From Lentisphaerota bacterium (GTDB lineage Bacteria; Verrucomicrobiota; Kiritimatiellia; UBA8416; VGWI01), in NCBI GenBank assembly GCA_016873655.1, contig VGWI01000005.1, positions 1,455-65,454 of the forward strand: a stretch of 64,000 nucleotides of DNA, read 5' to 3'. The translations under genes were made by a program, and so were the position numbers. Of this stretch, positions 1 through 9,541 are shown piece after piece. Below the pieces are notes generated by a model that was given only the letters and a program-made list of their open reading frames with translations, did not search any database and was not told the origin of the DNA. Each line of letters opens with the position of its first letter. Within the stretch, counting starts at the first letter, position 1.

Positions 1-80
1 TGTCGGAAGTGCTCGCTTCGCTGCCCGCAAGTCCGGCCGTCTCGATGCTGGCTGACTCGTGGTAGGGCCGGCAGGCTGTT

Positions 81-371
81 TCAGATCTCCTCTTCCACCG
101 GCAGCGAGAATATCTTCAGCCCCTCGCCCGGATACAACCCGCTGCGGAACTCGCGAAGCGCCGCGGCCAGGTCCTTGCCTTTCTGGTCGCTTACGGCGGT
201 AAACAGGAGGGCCGAACGTTCCGGCCATACGTGCGTGCCGAGTTTCAGCCCCGTTTCGCCCTCGCCAGTCACGGATTCCAGCTCCGAATAAGCGTGCACC
301 CCGTGGCCCCGGATGACTTCACGAACACCCTCGACACGGTCAGGAGGACATATGACCATCAACAGCTTCAT
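81..371 (-). CDS. small PII/CutA-like protein (DUF3240-like), terminal gene of the RND operon
   Basis: 96-aa ORF. Its start overlaps the RND permease stop by ATGA. The size and position behind an RND pump resemble small PII-fold proteins; this is from recollection only. Confidence 0.5.
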   Translation of the reverse strand: MKLLMVICPPDRVEGVREVIRGHGVHAYSELESVTGEGETGLKLGTHVWPERSALLFTAVSDQKGKDLAAALREFRSGLYPGEGLKIFSLPVEEEI

Positions 372-3300
372 TTCCGCACCCCCTCATGCGCCTTGCCCCC
401 GTACATCATCGCGTAAACAACCGGGATCACGCCCAGCGTGAATGCCGTGGACACAAACAGTCCGAATATGATGGACCAGGCCAATCCGCTGAAAATCGGG
501 TCGAACGTGATCGGCCATGCGCCGAGAAGCGTGGTTCCGGTGGTAAGGAAGATCGGCCTGAAACGCGTGGCCCCGGCCGCTATCACCGCCTCGCGCAGGC
601 CGGCGCCGCGCGCCATCGAGTTGCGGATGAAATCGATGAGGACGATCGCGTTGCGCTGCACTATGCCGCCCAGCGCTATCATCCCGATCATCGCCGTCGC
701 GGTGAAGAATACCGGATTCGGATACCCTCCCACCGGGCTGTTGACAATCGTGTTAAGGAGCCAGAACCCCGGCATTATGCCTATCAGCGTCAGCGGGATC
801 GAAAGCATGATGACCCCTGGCAAACCGTACGACCCCGTCTCGTAAACCAGCAGGGCATAGATCGCCAGCAGCGCCACCGCAAACGCGATGCCAAGGTCGC
901 GGAAGACATCGAGCGTTATCTTCCATTCGCCCTCTCCCCTCCAGTCCACCCGGATACCGCCCGGCAACGGGTTCTTCTCGAAATGCCGCTGCGCGTCGAG
1001 CACCGCGTAGGCCGGCCCCCTGCCCGCCGTCTCGGCCGTAACGTAAACCACGCGTTCCAGGTTCTTGTGGAAGATGGTCTTGTCCTCCACACGCTCGGAG
1101 AACTTTCCGAGTTCCCCAAGCTGCACGGAGCCCCCGCGCCCCTTCACCGGCAGGGAACGCAGCAGCGCGGCGTTGGACCGCTTCTCCTGCGGCAGGCGCA
1201 GGATGATCGGCAACTCGTTCTTCTCGGTCGGGACATGCAGCGTGCCCGCAAACATGCCGTCCAGCGCAAGGGCCAGTGTGGACGTGACGTCCTCGGTCGA
1301 AAGCCCGTTCCTCGCCGCTTTCTCGCGGTCCACTTCGAAAACCAGCTTGGCCTGGTCGCTTTCGGCCGTCACATCGGCCTCGACAACGCCCTCCTGCCGC
1401 GCCAGCGCTTCGCGAACCGTCCCCGCCGCGGCGATGAGGCCTGCGTACGGTTGCGGCGACGTGCCGTAGACCTCGGCAACCACGGTCGCCAGCACCGGTG
1501 GCCCCGGCGGCACCTCGACCAGACTCACCTGTGCGCCGTTGCGCCCCGCAATTTCGCCTACGTCTCGCCGGATCCGCAGAACGATCGAATGGCTGCTCAT
1601 CTCACGCTTGGCGCGATGCATCAGGTTCACCCGGACGTCGGCCGTGTGCGGCCCCTGGCGCAGGTAGTAGTGCCTGACCATGCCGTTGAAATCCATCGGC
1701 GACGCCTTGCCCACGGTAGAGGTGAAATTGGCGACCTCGGGCATCGTCCGCAGGTAATCCTCGATCTCCCGCACCACGGCATCGGTCCGCTCCAGCGTGC
1801 TGCCTTCCGGCATGTCGACAACCACCTGGAACTCGTTCCTGTTGTCGTACGGCAGCATTTTGAGCGGCACACGGCCGGTAACAGCCAGCATTACAGAAAA
1901 GAGGAAGAGACCCGCGACGGCCGCCAGAAGGGCAACCGATCTCCATCGGTGCCCGATAAACGGCCCCACGAGGCGCGAGTAGATGCGGTATGTCTTCGTC
2001 TCGCTCTCCTCCGCCGCGCCCCCCTCCTCACCGCCAGCCTTGAGCAGCTTGCTTGCCACCCACGGGGTGATCATGAAGGACACCAGCATGGAACAGAGCA
2101 TCGTAAGGGGCACGTTCAGGGCCATCGGCGCCATGTAAGGCCCCATCATTCCGCTGATGAAGAACATCGGAACGAAGGCGACCATGATCGCAAGTGTCGC
2201 CAGCACGATCGGCGGATGCACTTCCTTCATCGCGAGCGAGATCGCCTTGAGCCGCGGGTACCGTTTCATCGCAAGGAACCGCGATATGTTCTCGACGCCG
2301 ACTATCGGGTCATCCACCAGAAGGCCAAGGGCAAGGATCAGGGCAAAGAGAGTAACCCTGTTCATCGTGTATCCGAGCAGGTAGTTGAAAAGCAGCGTAA
2401 GCGAATAGGTTATCGGAATCGCCAGTCCCACGATAACACCCTCGCGCCATGACATCGTAAGCCATATCAGCCCGACAACGGTTATGACGCCCAGCGCCAG
2501 GTTCAACACCAGGTTGTTCACCTTCTCGTTGGCGGTCTCGCCGTAGTTGCGCGTGATCCGCGCCGTCACGTCGGCCGGAAGTACGGTCTCAGTCAACGCG
2601 TCCACCGCGTGCTCGACTTCGCGGGCCACCCGCACTGCGTTGCTCCCCTTCTTCTTCGCCACGGCCACGGTCACAGCCTGCTCGGAAGGCGCGCCGGGGC
2701 GCTCGGGGTCGGCGGGCCCGAAACCGATCCTGGAATAGGAGACAATCTCATCGGGGCCGTCGGTTACGGTCGCGATGTCCCGGAGATGCACAGGCCTGCC
2801 TCCGTGCATGCCGACGAGCAAGTTGGACGCCTCGCGCGCATCGCGCAGGAACAGCCCGGCCTCAACCAGTATCCGCCTGTCGGCCTGCGAGAACGAGCCC
2901 GACTGGGACTGGACATTGGACACCTTCAGCGCGCCGGCTATCTCCATTGCCGAGAGCCCGTAAGCAGCGAGACGTTCGGGGTCGAGTTCCACGCGGATAA
3001 TCCGCCGCTCGCCTCCGTGTATGGTGACGGCAGCCGCGTCCGGTATGCGCTGCATCCGCTGCACCGCCTCTTCCGCAATGCGGTAGAGCCCGTGCGTATC
3101 GGTGCGCGGACTGTGAAGCGCGACGGTGACAATCGGAACATCGTCTATCTCGATCGGCTTGATCACCCACCCGGCTATTCCCGGGGTCGTCTTGTCCACG
3201 TTCTGGAAGACCTTGTTGTAGAGCTTGATCAGGCTGGCTTCACGGTCTTCCCCAACCCTGAACCGGACGGTGACCACCGCCATGCCGGGGCGCGACATGG

Positions 3301-3577
3301 AATAGACATACTCAACGCCGTCTATCTGGTAGAGAAGCCGCTCGAGCCGCGACGAGACCATCTGCTCGACTTCCTCGGCGCTGCCGCCGGGATACGAAAC
3401 CAGTACGTCGGCCAGCGGAACAACTATCTGCGGCTCCTCTTCGCGCGGCGTCGCAACCAGGGCTATCGCACCTGCAACGAGGCTGATGAGGATGAGCAGC
3501 ACGGCCAGGTTGCCGCTGAGAAAGCGGTCAATCAGGCCGCTGGTGAAACCTTCCGGACGATCAGAGTCCACGCTCAT
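368..3577 (-). CDS. RND efflux transporter permease (AcrB/CzcA superfamily)
   Basis: 1069 aa, with the two-fold large-periplasmic-loop plus multi-TM layout typical of RND pumps. The N-terminus reads LIDRFL..NLAVLLILISLVAGAIAL. It lies immediately after the adaptor gene. Confidence 0.9.
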   Translation of the reverse strand: MSVDSDRPEGFTSGLIDRFLSGNLAVLLILISLVAGAIALVATPREEEPQIVVPLADVLVSYPGGSAEEVEQMVSSRLERLLYQIDGVEYVYSMSRPGMAVVTVRFRVGEDREASLIKLYNKVFQNVDKTTPGIAGWVIKPIEIDDVPIVTVALHSPRTDTHGLYRIAEEAVQRMQRIPDAAAVTIHGGERRIIRVELDPERLAAYGLSAMEIAGALKVSNVQSQSGSFSQADRRILVEAGLFLRDAREASNLLVGMHGGRPVHLRDIATVTDGPDEIVSYSRIGFGPADPERPGAPSEQAVTVAVAKKKGSNAVRVAREVEHAVDALTETVLPADVTARITRNYGETANEKVNNLVLNLALGVITVVGLIWLTMSWREGVIVGLAIPITYSLTLLFNYLLGYTMNRVTLFALILALGLLVDDPIVGVENISRFLAMKRYPRLKAISLAMKEVHPPIVLATLAIMVAFVPMFFISGMMGPYMAPMALNVPLTMLCSMLVSFMITPWVASKLLKAGGEEGGAAEESETKTYRIYSRLVGPFIGHRWRSVALLAAVAGLFLFSVMLAVTGRVPLKMLPYDNRNEFQVVVDMPEGSTLERTDAVVREIEDYLRTMPEVANFTSTVGKASPMDFNGMVRHYYLRQGPHTADVRVNLMHRAKREMSSHSIVLRIRRDVGEIAGRNGAQVSLVEVPPGPPVLATVVAEVYGTSPQPYAGLIAAAGTVREALARQEGVVEADVTAESDQAKLVFEVDREKAARNGLSTEDVTSTLALALDGMFAGTLHVPTEKNELPIILRLPQEKRSNAALLRSLPVKGRGGSVQLGELGKFSERVEDKTIFHKNLERVVYVTAETAGRGPAYAVLDAQRHFEKNPLPGGIRVDWRGEGEWKITLDVFRDLGIAFAVALLAIYALLVYETGSYGLPGVIMLSIPLTLIGIMPGFWLLNTIVNSPVGGYPNPVFFTATAMIGMIALGGIVQRNAIVLIDFIRNSMARGAGLREAVIAAGATRFRPIFLTTGTTLLGAWPITFDPIFSGLAWSIIFGLFVSTAFTLGVIPVVYAMMYGGKAHEGVRK

Positions 3578-3578
3578 T

Positions 3579-4643
3579 TCAAAACACCTCTTGCGGCACG
3601 GCCAGAACAGTCTCGCCCTCGGTCAGGCCGGCAAGGATCTCGGTCCTGCCGTCCATCCTCATCCCGCTCCTGACAAGACGCCTTGAAGCCGTCCCGCCCC
3701 GGACGACATACACATACTCCAACTGGCCGACCCTGGTTATCGCCGAGTCCGGCAGCATGTATCTCCGGACCGGATCGTCCTCTACGTAAAGCCGCCCGAA
3801 TGTGCCCGGCAGAACCTGTCCGCCCGCTTCCGGAAGCGCTATCTTCACCTTCTGAGTCCTGCTCGCGGGATCCACCTCCCCGACGACCTCGGTTACCTTG
3901 CCCCTGAACGCCCTGGCGGGACGCTCGAGCACCACGTCCACCTCCTGGCCAAGCTTCAGTTTCTCCACCAGCCGCACGGGAATGTCGGCCTCCAGCCGCA
4001 TGCGCGCCGGATCGTACACCGAGAGGAGCGGCTGCCCGGGCCCCGCCAGGTCGCCGACCTCAATGCGCCGCTCGGTTACCACCCCGTCTATTGGCGACGA
4101 TATCCGCGCGTACGTCAGCATCACCCGCACCCTGTCCACCTGCGCCTTCGCGGCATTGAACGATGACTCCGCGGCGACAAGCGCCTGGTCCGTGGCCGCC
4201 TTCCCGTCAAACAACTGGCGCGTGCGCAGGAATTCCGTTTCCGCCTGCTTGAACTGCGCCTCGGCGCCGGCAAGCTGCTCCCGGATCTCCCGGTCATCAA
4301 GGACCACCAGTTCGTCCCCGCGCTTTACCGCCGTCCCGGACGAGACGTGCACGCTGCTGATCGTCGCCGGAATCCGCGCGCTGAGGTGTATCTTCTCCTC
4401 CGATGCCGTGGTCCCGACAACCTGCACAAGGGCCGGCGCCTCCTCCGCCTTCACGGCAACGGTTTCGGCATCCGCGCCTACAGCGACGCCTGTGCGGCCG
4501 TCCTCCATCACCCCTGGCGCGACCTTTTCCGTGCAAGCGCCGCCAACCCACGCCATTATCGCCGCAAGCGCGGCCGATCCCGCGATCCACCGTACCGAAC
4601 GCTTCGCCTTCCGAAGGATCTCCCCCATCCGTGATATGTTCAT
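3579..4643 (-). CDS. RND periplasmic adaptor (HlyD/MFP family)
   Basis: 354 aa. Lipoprotein-like N-terminus (AWVGGAC), coiled-coil hairpin segment (EQLAGAEAQFKQAETEF...), beta-barrel C-terminus. Located between the OMF and the RND pump. Confidence 0.85.
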   Translation of the reverse strand: MNISRMGEILRKAKRSVRWIAGSAALAAIMAWVGGACTEKVAPGVMEDGRTGVAVGADAETVAVKAEEAPALVQVVGTTASEEKIHLSARIPATISSVHVSSGTAVKRGDELVVLDDREIREQLAGAEAQFKQAETEFLRTRQLFDGKAATDQALVAAESSFNAAKAQVDRVRVMLTYARISSPIDGVVTERRIEVGDLAGPGQPLLSVYDPARMRLEADIPVRLVEKLKLGQEVDVVLERPARAFRGKVTEVVGEVDPASRTQKVKIALPEAGGQVLPGTFGRLYVEDDPVRRYMLPDSAITRVGQLEYVYVVRGGTASRRLVRSGMRMDGRTEILAGLTEGETVLAVPQEVF

Positions 4644-4670
4644 GTCACTCCCCTCCGCTGTCGCGCGCCG

Positions 4671-6032
4671 CTACTTCTTCGCGCCTTCCGCATTGCTGTA
4701 AATGCCAACCAGTTCCCCCCTCGCCCGAGCCAGGTTGGACCGCGCGACGAGACAGTCGTAGCGGGCCGCAACATTCCGCGACCGGGTCGCGGTCAACCCA
4801 AGCTCCGCGGTCAGGAGAATCGATATGTCCGCAACGCCCTGCCTGTAACGTTCCCTTGTTATCCGCGCCGCCTCCAACGCGTTCTCCACGCTCTTCCGGG
4901 CTACCTCGGCCCTTTCAATTGCCTCGTCAAACATCAGGCCGGCGCGTTTCACGTCAAGCGCAACGCTGCTCCTGGCCGCCACAGCCTCATGCCTGGCGGC
5001 ATCCAGGTCAGCCCTCGCCTGCGCAACGGCGTGACCGCGCTGGAATCCGGTGAAGACATCCCATTCCGCGGCCAGCCCGGCCATGTAGCTTCCCTCAAAC
5101 GAATCGCCTTCCTCGGTGTCCCAGTCGTATGAACCGAACAGGCTGACCGCCGGAGAATATGCGCGCCGCGCCCTTGCCAGCGCATTCTCGCTGACCCGCA
5201 CCATCGCATCGGCCGCCGCGACTTCGGCCCGCATGAATTCCGCCCCATCCTGCCCGCCCCGCACTTCGCACACCTCTCCCGCTCCATCACCTGCATCAGC
5301 TATCCCTGCTTCCGGAACGAGCTCGATCCCTATAGCCGTGTTCAAGGCGGCAATCGCCATGCGCACGCCGTTCCTGGAACGAATGAGATCCTCCTTCGCC
5401 TGGGCAAGCTGGACCTCCAGGTTCAAGACATCCGTCTGCACAGCCGCGCCTGCAGACAGCCTCTCGCGCGCCACCCTGAGGCTCTCTTCCAGGCTCGAGA
5501 CGGAACTTTCCATCACCCCCACGAAGGACTGCGCCTGCAGAACGCCGTAGTACCCCCTTGTCACCTCGTGTATCAAACCGTTCCTGGCAGCGCTCACCGC
5601 ATGGCCGGCCGCGGACGCCCCGGCTTCGGCCATCCCGGCCTGGGCGGCCCGCAGCCCGCCATCGAAACACCTGTACCTGAGACCGGCCGAGAACCTCATA
5701 TTCGCACTGTCATCCGGCTCGTTCGGGTTGAAAGCCGGATCCATCATGTCCAGCGAACGCTGGTTGAGCGCCATCATGAACGCCTGCGGCGGGTTGTCTG
5801 TCATCGCCCACGATGCGCCCACCCCCAACCTCGGCCACCACGCTGACCGCGCCTGCCCAACCGCCTCCCGCGCCGAAACGGCCCTCGCCGCCGCCGCGCG
5901 CACCCCGGGATTTCCCGACAACGCCTCGCGCACACACTCTCCCAGGGAAATGACAGCCGGAGCAGAAACACCGTCCGCGCCGGCGACACCGCACATCACC
6001 AACACCCCGGCAAGCCAGGTTACTGTCTTCAT
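4671..6032 (-). CDS. TolC-family outer membrane efflux protein
   Basis: Signal peptide MKTVTWLAGVLVMCGVAGA and two tandem TolC-like repeats. I chose the ATG at 6032, which overlaps the arsR stop (ATGA). The ORF-track start at 6062 is probably too long. Confidence 0.85.
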   Translation of the reverse strand: MKTVTWLAGVLVMCGVAGADGVSAPAVISLGECVREALSGNPGVRAAAARAVSAREAVGQARSAWWPRLGVGASWAMTDNPPQAFMMALNQRSLDMMDPAFNPNEPDDSANMRFSAGLRYRCFDGGLRAAQAGMAEAGASAAGHAVSAARNGLIHEVTRGYYGVLQAQSFVGVMESSVSSLEESLRVARERLSAGAAVQTDVLNLEVQLAQAKEDLIRSRNGVRMAIAALNTAIGIELVPEAGIADAGDGAGEVCEVRGGQDGAEFMRAEVAAADAMVRVSENALARARRAYSPAVSLFGSYDWDTEEGDSFEGSYMAGLAAEWDVFTGFQRGHAVAQARADLDAARHEAVAARSSVALDVKRAGLMFDEAIERAEVARKSVENALEAARITRERYRQGVADISILLTAELGLTATRSRNVAARYDCLVARSNLARARGELVGIYSNAEGAKK

Positions 6033-6331
6033 CGCGCTTTCCCCTTCCCCCTCATGCAACACAGCACACTCATGCAGCGCCTGTCCGCAAGGTCATACCA
6101 CACCTCTTTGCCGCGCCTTTCCGCGCGGACCAGCCCAGCCTGCCTCATACGCGCCAGGTGCCCGGACACAGCCCCCTGCTTCATCCCCGTCCTCGCCATT
6201 ACTTCATGCACAGGAGCAGCGCCACCGTCGCCAATGGCAATCAGCATCCGCAACCTCTGCGGATGCGCCATCAGCTTCAGCGACTCAGCCATCTTCTCCA
6301 GCGTCCGATCAGATACACGCGCCTTCTTCAT
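6029..6331 (-). CDS. ArsR/SmtB-family transcriptional regulator
   Basis: 100 aa. Carries the winged-HTH signature LKLMAHPQRLRMLIAI...VHEV......QGAVSGHLARMRQAGLV..ERRGKEVWY. It is the first gene of the efflux operon. Confidence 0.85.
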   Translation of the reverse strand: MKKARVSDRTLEKMAESLKLMAHPQRLRMLIAIGDGGAAPVHEVMARTGMKQGAVSGHLARMRQAGLVRAERRGKEVWYDLADRRCMSVLCCMRGKGKAR

Positions 6332-6624
6332 GGGCGCGCATCATATCGTGTTATTCCTATATGTCAATACGTCTTCGTTGCTCACGCGAAATCCGGCCCG
6401 ACACGCAACTCCCGCGGTGCCGGCGCATGCGACACTTTGCCGTCGTCTCACGGCCCCTTTGAGACACGCGGACACATCGGGAGCCATCCGTCCGCCACAC
6501 CTCTTGTGCGCGGAAGTTGCTGTCGAACCGGGCGTTGCGTCGGCATCACATCAAAGCAATATACTGCTTGGCATGCGGCTTGCATAAGGGAGAGACTCGT
6601 TTCTGAAGAACAGGAGGACGGGAT

Positions 6625-7146
6625 ATGATCAAGCTTGTTGTTGGTGCGGCTCTGGGTGCGGCAATTGGCGGATGGATAGGGTACGCAAGCAAGTGTTCCG
6701 GAGGGGGCTGTCCGCTCATGGGGAATCCGGCCGGTGGAGCGATGTTCGGGGCGGTGATCGGCATTCTTATGGCTTCGTCCATCGCAGGCAGAACATCCAC
6801 CAGTGCGGTGCATTCGGAGCATGTGATTGAGGTGGCGGGGGTCGAGGCGTTCGATGCGTTGTTGAAGGCCCACCCCGTCGCGCTCGTTGATTTCTACGCG
6901 GACTGGTGCGGGCCCTGCAGGAAACTGAAGCCGGCCATCCATGAACTGGCCGACACGTACGAGGGCCGGGCAGCCGTGCTTGCCGTTAATGTTGACCGGA
7001 ACAGGGAACTCGCGGAAAGACACGGTGTAAGCGGAATACCGGATGTACGCGTCTTCAAGGACGGACAGGAAAAGAAGCGCTTCGTCGGACTGGGGCCTAA
7101 GTCTCAGTACTCGTCCGCGATAGACAGCCTGCTGGCCGGAGAGTGA
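6625..7146 (+). CDS. membrane-anchored thioredoxin with an N-terminal glycine-zipper/CxGGxCP domain
   Basis: The C-terminal part has VDFYADWCGPCRKLKP (WCGPC active site). The N-terminal ~55 aa is Gly-rich and hydrophobic, with the motif CSGGGCPLMGNP. Confidence 0.85.
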   Translation: MIKLVVGAALGAAIGGWIGYASKCSGGGCPLMGNPAGGAMFGAVIGILMASSIAGRTSTSAVHSEHVIEVAGVEAFDALLKAHPVALVDFYADWCGPCRKLKPAIHELADTYEGRAAVLAVNVDRNRELAERHGVSGIPDVRVFKDGQEKKRFVGLGPKSQYSSAIDSLLAGE

Positions 7147-7150
7147 TGGC

Positions 7151-8914
7151 ATGAGGTCCGCGCGCAACCAAACGACCGGAGGCAGGGGGACCATGACGAA
7201 GGCGACTCTCGAGGAGAGATCGTCCGCCATAACCCTGTCCGACATGGAGATATTCATATTCCCCGACCTCATGTACTCGCTCGTGCTGGCGAACATCATG
7301 TCGCCCCGGGTCTGGCTCTGGCGCGATGATCCCTGGTTTGACGGGATAGAGCGCATGACGCCATACCGGCGCATAGTCCGGCTCAAGCAGTACCTTATGG
7401 ACCACTATGCCTTCAACCTGGACCTCGACACATGGGGCCTGACCACGAAACAGCGCGAGATCAGCCGCTTTGCCCCGTTCATCGATTCCGCCACCCTCGC
7501 CGAATCCAACGCTCTCTTCGGTTACGAGGGAGACAAGTACTACTTCGACATAGATATCCGGCGCCACTTCGGCCTGGACAAGTACGACACCGACACGATC
7601 CCTTACTGGAAGACGGAAACGGTCGAAGCCATGGACGCATTCCGCCACAGGCCCGGCTATTCGACCGGCGCGGGCGAATGCGTTTCTCTTTCCACTCTGT
7701 ACGCCGCGGCGCTCTTCATAGTCGCCCGGATACCCCTGAATGACATCTTCCTGCTCGCCACGCCGCTTCACTCGCAGAATTTCGTGGATGTTGACGACGG
7801 CGTCCTGACCAACAACCGCCGTATCGTGACCAAGAACATGTGGTTCAACGGGACAGCGCTCTCCGCACAGGCCCGGCGGGCGCTTGAGAACGAACGGGTC
7901 ACCGTGGTCGCCCACGAGTCCGGTCATGTCCACACGCTCTATCCTGAAGCCACGATGGACAGGGCCGCCTACAACCGGTTCAGCGCGAAGCTTTCCGGCT
8001 TCCTCGCAACCGATCTCACCGCAGACACCCTGGGCAACTTCCTGCGCCACAACACTTCCATACAGAAATGCTTCCAGGTCCGCTGGCCGAGGCACGGGGC
8101 CGATTCGTATATCGGCGTGGAACAGGTGCTGGCATACGAAAACTCGTGCCCTTACAGGCTGAGCGATCGCACGAGGCCGAAGCTGATGCAGGAGGTAGAG
8201 TCCGAGGAGTTCAGCCCCAACCCACTCGCTTCCCGCATCGTCCTGAACGATCTGGAGGATTTCCTCCGGACGGAGAAGATCAGCATCCTGGATGGGCCCG
8301 GAACCGCGCGGCTGAAGGAAAGGTTCGCGACAAGCTGCCTGAACGCGGAGATCGCAATAGAATCCCTGCGCCGGTTCTGCGTAACGCGCCCAAGGCTGCC
8401 TGATACGGCAGGGAAGACATTCGCCCCGTCATCAACCCCGCTGGGTCTGGACGTCGAAATGACGCGCGAGGAAGTGATCGAACGCCTTGGTTCGCTCAGA
8501 GACAGGTCCCGTACGGCGGACCTTTCCTTCTACGCATTCAGGGATGTGCTTTCCACGGACGCAGCCCCTTTTGTCACAGCGGCCTGCGCCCGTTCGCCGG
8601 TATCGCTCACGGCAACCGCCGACATGGACCTGCCGGATGTGCTGGAAAAACTGGCGCAGATGCCCGGAGATTCCATCTACGACGGCAAGGGCCGGTTGGC
8701 CCAGCCGGATGAAGTGTGGAACTTCGGCCGGGGTGACGGAGTTGAGAAGGCTCTCCTGCTGGCCAATATCCTTCACAACAGGCGGCCGGACGAGAAGGTC
8801 GGGATAACCTGCAACGGAAACAAAGTGCTGGTCTCATCCCCCGCCGGAGAATACCATTTCGAATGTGCAAAAGGGATAGTTGGCGCTGAATGGGTGGTGG
8901 AACCGAAAGTCTAG
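7151..8914 (+). CDS. hypothetical protein with a transglutaminase-like Cys-His core
   Basis: 587-aa ORF starting 4 nt after the thioredoxin stop; an alternative start is 7193. GAGECVSLSTLYAAALFIVARIP...TPLHSQNFVDVDDG resembles the papain/transglutaminase-like Cys...His...Asp arrangement. A second, Cys-less copy of the motif (GRGDGVEKALLLANIL) lies near the C-terminus. Confidence 0.6.
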   Translation: MRSARNQTTGGRGTMTKATLEERSSAITLSDMEIFIFPDLMYSLVLANIMSPRVWLWRDDPWFDGIERMTPYRRIVRLKQYLMDHYAFNLDLDTWGLTTKQREISRFAPFIDSATLAESNALFGYEGDKYYFDIDIRRHFGLDKYDTDTIPYWKTETVEAMDAFRHRPGYSTGAGECVSLSTLYAAALFIVARIPLNDIFLLATPLHSQNFVDVDDGVLTNNRRIVTKNMWFNGTALSAQARRALENERVTVVAHESGHVHTLYPEATMDRAAYNRFSAKLSGFLATDLTADTLGNFLRHNTSIQKCFQVRWPRHGADSYIGVEQVLAYENSCPYRLSDRTRPKLMQEVESEEFSPNPLASRIVLNDLEDFLRTEKISILDGPGTARLKERFATSCLNAEIAIESLRRFCVTRPRLPDTAGKTFAPSSTPLGLDVEMTREEVIERLGSLRDRSRTADLSFYAFRDVLSTDAAPFVTAACARSPVSLTATADMDLPDVLEKLAQMPGDSIYDGKGRLAQPDEVWNFGRGDGVEKALLLANILHNRRPDEKVGITCNGNKVLVSSPAGEYHFECAKGIVGAEWVVEPKV

Positions 8915-9139
8915 CGCACATTGTTCATGTTCTTCGTCGCGAGAGGGCGCAGGGTGCGTCAGATCAACGGCTTGCCGAAGAGGGCCGGATGGCGGCGTGT
9001 TGACACACGTCAAAGTCGGCCATCAAGGCAAGTCGCTGAGGTGGCGTATCATGTGCACTCGCAGCAGAAGGTTCATGAATAATGTGCGCCAGGACCGTAC
9101 GTCAGGCAAAGAAGAACACGACAGCAACAGGAGGGTAGT

Positions 9140-9502
9140 ATGGGAACTGCATCGGACCTGTGGTGGAAAATGAACAAGCAGACCGACGAAACCGGCGAGA
9201 CCGGCGAGAAACACACGCCCTATCTCACCGTTGAAGGCGATGCCAAACCCGGCAACGCCGTGAAGGTCACGGTTGACGTCGGACGCGGCAAACACCCCAA
9301 CGAGGCCGCACACAGCATCCAGTGGGTCGAACTGCGCGCGAACGATCTCTACATCGGAAGGGCCGAGTTCGCGGCCGGCATCACGAAGCCGATAGCGACG
9401 TTCACCGTCGTCGTCCCGGCCCAGGGCAGCATAGCGCTGACAGCCGTGGAGCGCTGCAACCTGCACGGGCTGTGGCAGAGCAATCCGCTCAAACTGGGTT
9501 GA
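9140..9502 (+). CDS. sor: superoxide reductase (1Fe-SOR / neelaredoxin type)
   Basis: Motifs GEKHTPYL, HPNEAAHSIQWVEL and CNLHGLW match the His4-Cys iron site of SORs. A GGAGGG Shine-Dalgarno lies 4 nt before the ATG. Confidence 0.85.
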   Translation: MGTASDLWWKMNKQTDETGETGEKHTPYLTVEGDAKPGNAVKVTVDVGRGKHPNEAAHSIQWVELRANDLYIGRAEFAAGITKPIATFTVVVPAQGSIALTAVERCNLHGLWQSNPLKLG

Positions 9503-9541
9503 CGGTCAGGATCAGAAACTGAAGGATGGCCGGGACAGCCG

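Noticed and set aside
386-2452. 688-aa plus-strand ORF, together with many other long ORFs antisense to annotated genes (for example 2609-3673, 7097-8095, 26339-27235, 31386-32537, 52450-53850 and 56259-57503).
   Set aside because: They lie entirely opposite genes with clear family signatures. Their products are Arg/Pro/Gly/His-rich and low in complexity, as expected for shadow ORFs in GC-rich DNA. I recognise no motifs in them.
6448-7386. 312-aa minus-strand ORF spanning the thioredoxin gene.
   Set aside because: It is antisense to a thioredoxin with an intact WCGPC site and to the start of the next gene. No recognisable domains.
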